Shown: positions 61,060-64,000 of the stretch, piece by piece
How the letters are laid out: each line of letters begins with the position of its first letter
Position numbering within the stretch: position 1 is the stretch's first letter
NCBI GenBank assembly: GCA_050179755.1
Contig: JBFXEV010000001.1
Span: forward strand, 1,257,994 to 1,321,993
Length of the DNA stretch: 64,000 nucleotides
From: Candidatus Babeliales bacterium
GTDB lineage: Bacteria; Babelota; Babeliae; Babelales; JBFXEV01
Direction: 5' to 3'
Notes under the pieces: generated by a model
Database searches by the model: none
What the model saw: the letters and a program-made list of their open reading frames with translations, nothing else
Told to the model about the DNA's origin: nothing
Translations under genes and position numbers: made by a program

Positions 61060-61878
61060 ATGCAAACAAAAAATTATTTTTTTCTTTTCACCCTATTCTC
61101 TTTTATAATCCAAACAAACACCGCACAACCACAAAAAAAAGCAATCGTCATTGGTGCAACTTCAGGCATTGGCAAAGCCATTGCGCAAGAACTAGTTAAA
61201 AATAATTATATTGTGGGAGTAACTGGCAGACGAGTAGGCTTACTTGAAGAACTCAAACAGACTTCCCCAGATCAGATTATTATACAAGAAATGGATGTGG
61301 AGCAAGTTGACCTCGCGCGCATGCAACTTAGTAATCTTATTACTCAATTAGGCACGGTAAACGTGTTTGTATTCAACAGCGCAACATGGCCAAAAGGCCC
61401 ACAAGATTTAACCGAAGATAAAGAAATTAATTGGAATTGTTTGCAACGAATGATGGATGTAAATGTTGCAGGTTTTGTAGGGCTTACTGAAACGATCTTA
61501 GATCAATTTAGAAAACAAGGGTATGGGCATTTGGTTGGCATTTCATCTGTTGATGCGATCCGCGGTTGTGCGGCAATCCCAATATACTGTGCATGCAAAA
61601 GCTTTATGTCTATATACCTTGAAGGATTGCGCAATAAATTTATTCAAACAAATACGCCGATTAATGTCACTGAAATTAGACCAGGTTGGGTGCAAACATC
61701 ATTTGAAATGGGGCCAGAAGCATACTGGGTTTCTACGCCAGAAGTTATTGCACCGCAAATTGTTGAATCAATTCATAATAATGAAAAAGTTGCGTATGTT
61801 ACGCGGCGTTGGAAATTAATTGGTTGGTTGCTGACTATTTGCCCTGATTGGATTTATAATAAAATGGGTGGGTTTTAG
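61060..61878 (+). CDS. Short-chain dehydrogenase/reductase with a signal-like N-terminus
   Basis: GATSGIG, ISS, YCACK, PGWV. Confidence 0.9.
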   Translation: MQTKNYFFLFTLFSFIIQTNTAQPQKKAIVIGATSGIGKAIAQELVKNNYIVGVTGRRVGLLEELKQTSPDQIIIQEMDVEQVDLARMQLSNLITQLGTVNVFVFNSATWPKGPQDLTEDKEINWNCLQRMMDVNVAGFVGLTETILDQFRKQGYGHLVGISSVDAIRGCAAIPIYCACKSFMSIYLEGLRNKFIQTNTPINVTEIRPGWVQTSFEMGPEAYWVSTPEVIAPQIVESIHNNEKVAYVTRRWKLIGWLLTICPDWIYNKMGGF

Positions 61879-62570
61879 CTAAAACTTAGTTCCTCTATTG
61901 GCCTGGCAATGATCTGCAGCCATGTTTCATCACAAGAAAGAAACAAAATCTCATATCCTTGTTTTACCAATAAGGCCCTAATTTTTTCTTCATTCCAATA
62001 ACAATAATATCTTGGCAAACCCACTTTTTCAGTCGACCATTCTTCCCCTTCTCCATATTTTACAGAAAAAGATAAAATGCCATTACGTTTAAGACTTTGA
62101 TGTATTTTTGCAAGTACTTCAGCCATTTCACTAGGCTGAAAGTGTAAAAATACAGCATTAGCAAAAATTAAATCATATGTTTCATCAAATTGGTCTGTGA
62201 GAATATTAAATAAGCGCGCGGAATATCCATTTTTACATAACAAATCAACAAATCCTTGAGTAGCATCAGTGCGATCTACCATAAATCCAAATGATTCTAG
62301 ATAGTTGGCATCACGCCCAAAGGCTGACCCAATTTCAAGAATAGCTGCTCCAGGTCTCAAAAAACTCACCGTTGTATCCATCCAATCTTTAAAACAACCA
62401 GTTACTTAATTAGTAGTTCCGTTCTGATACTCATCAACGCGAGATTCGTATGATTGCAAAGTAATATTATTATTTGACACAGATTGATCCATCTCGTTCT
62501 CATAAGATTTCGCTGTTAAAAAAATAATCATTAACAAAGACGTTAAATATCTAAAATCTATTTTCATCAT
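61875..62570 (-). pseudogene. Class I SAM-dependent methyltransferase interrupted by an in-frame TAA at 62406-62408
   Basis: The upstream frame MMKIDFRY...TLQSYESRVDEYQNGTTN*VTGCFKDW continues into ILEIGSAFGRD...IFANAVFLH. Confidence 0.75.
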
Positions 62571-62849
62571 TCTAACTCTGTCTATGCATATCTAATGACG
62601 TGATTAACTATAAATACTAAAATTATTCCACTAAAGAACAAACTTGTCTAGTTATTTCTCTATAGTTAATAATACATTCTCATGGAAATGACTCGAGCTA
62701 CCATTGCGCAGTGCGTATTAAAAAAATTTGGAAAAGAAGCAAAAAAAAAGAGTCACTATCAAAATTGATAATGACTCTTATATCTATAACACTTGGAGTT
62801 GCAAATAATCTAGTCTCAGAGCACGAATATTACGGGGCAACGAATCAGT

Positions 62850-63614
62850 CTATGGTTTGTTTCTCACAGTTATCTTCATATGCTGATAATGACTTGTCGA
62901 ATCAGCTCCATGTTCTTTTAAGTATTGCGCAATGCGCCATTGTGAATTCATAACAGCCAAGTCATTTGGCGTTATTTCAACACCCGCAATAAACGTTTTA
63001 GCATTAACATCATTCTTATATTTTTCAATTAATAACTTAACCACATGCTCAGCACCATAAAAGACTGCAGATGACAATAAGGAAAATTGTCCTTGCTTCA
63101 TAGAGATAGGACCAGTTTTTGCGCCATGTTTAAGTAAAAAATCAGTCGCTTCCACATTATCAAACGCTATAGCCTGATATAAGGGTGCTTGGCCATTTGC
63201 ATTGAGTTTATTTACATCAAAACCTTCATCAATAAGTAGCTGTAAAAAAGGTACTTTATTATTAAGTGCAGCAATATCCATGACATTTGCACCAGATTGA
63301 TTTACTTGATTTCTATCAACACCTTTTTTAAGCAATAATTTTCCCGTGTTTACAGCACCTCTATCCGCCGCAATAAATAATGCATTTGTAAGGTGAGGAT
63401 CAAATTTCATTTTGAGTAATCCAGGGTATTCATCAAGCACTTTTGCTAACTTATCTGCATTGTCTTGATCGATTGCTTGAACCATTCGATCAATAATCTC
63501 TTTACTAATCGTTTCGCTTTTTTTACTAGGCTGCGCAGGCTTTTCCATTGCAAGAACGCTGCCGGTCTCAATTAATAGTATGCTAGCTAAAGCTAATATA
63601 TATTTTTTATTCAT
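62850..63614 (-). CDS. Exported ankyrin-repeat protein
   Basis: Several ANK repeats (NALFIAA, GQAPLYQA); signal ending VLA|M. Confidence 0.88.
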   Translation of the reverse strand: MNKKYILALASILLIETGSVLAMEKPAQPSKKSETISKEIIDRMVQAIDQDNADKLAKVLDEYPGLLKMKFDPHLTNALFIAADRGAVNTGKLLLKKGVDRNQVNQSGANVMDIAALNNKVPFLQLLIDEGFDVNKLNANGQAPLYQAIAFDNVEATDFLLKHGAKTGPISMKQGQFSLLSSAVFYGAEHVVKLLIEKYKNDVNAKTFIAGVEITPNDLAVMNSQWRIAQYLKEHGADSTSHYQHMKITVRNKP

Positions 63615-63770
63615 ATTACTTCTCCATAAAAACCAGGTTAAAATATCAGAGATAGGGCTTTTTGCCCTTCTCTATCATAATTTAACACAAATAGAATAGT
63701 GACATCAACAGTCTTGTGAAAATCAGCAGGGCAAACGCATTTAAAAGCGTTTATTTAAGGGATTATTCAT

Positions 63771-63940
63771 ACCGCTCACCCTGAGTGATTCTGCTAAGCG
63801 TTAGCGATTCAGAATAGTATCGAAGGGTCAACGCGGGAAAATGTTATAGCCCTGAAAACTTAATAAAAATTAAATTAACAATGCGCTCTTTAAACCCTTC
63901 GATACATTTTTCCTAACGGAAAAACACTCAGGGTGAGCGG
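63771..63940. repeat. Inverted pair of REP-like elements
   Basis: ccgctcaccctgagtg[attctg..cagaat]agtatcgaaggg (63772) and cccttcgataca[tttttcc..ggaaaaa]cactcagggtgagcgg (63895). Confidence 0.8.
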
Positions 63941-64000
63941 TTTTTATAAGATATTAGTCAAATGTTCGATATCAAGAAACAATCGAATTTTAAAAAAGCG

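Noticed and set aside
49873..63940. CRISPR array from the recurring palindromes
   Set aside because: Copies are dispersed and inverted, not regularly spaced direct repeats, and no cas genes are present.

Overview
A 64-kb AT-rich bacterial chromosomal segment. It most resembles Candidatus Dependentiae/Babelota (TM6), obligate intracellular parasites of protists. That assignment is inferred from gene content and style, not from a database match. Housekeeping genes (ymdB-rny-zapA-zapB, infC-rpmI-rplT, recA, PpiD-like, miaA, carD, dnaK, ychF, hspR-htpX, maf) are interspersed with about 30 predicted exported proteins, many with ankyrin repeats, including a 13.5-kb tandem array at 28.6-42.1 kb. Most notable: (1) about 26 exported proteins have Met directly after the predicted signal-peptide cleavage site; (2) an exported Nudix-like + NADAR + macro/PARG-like protein that may erase ADP-ribosylation; (3) ankyrin proteins with C-terminal F-box-like or unnamed helical modules, apparently shuffled between paralogues; (4) an unexplained GC-rich structured-RNA candidate behind a very AT-rich tract at 43.4-44.0 kb; (5) a MITE-like element and a family of REP-like palindromes with exchangeable inner hairpins; (6) a disulfide-reductase homologue lacking both redox cysteines, a vanadium haloperoxidase, an orphan tyrosine recombinase and a nonsense-interrupted methyltransferase. 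I recognised no rRNA, tRNA or CRISPR array.
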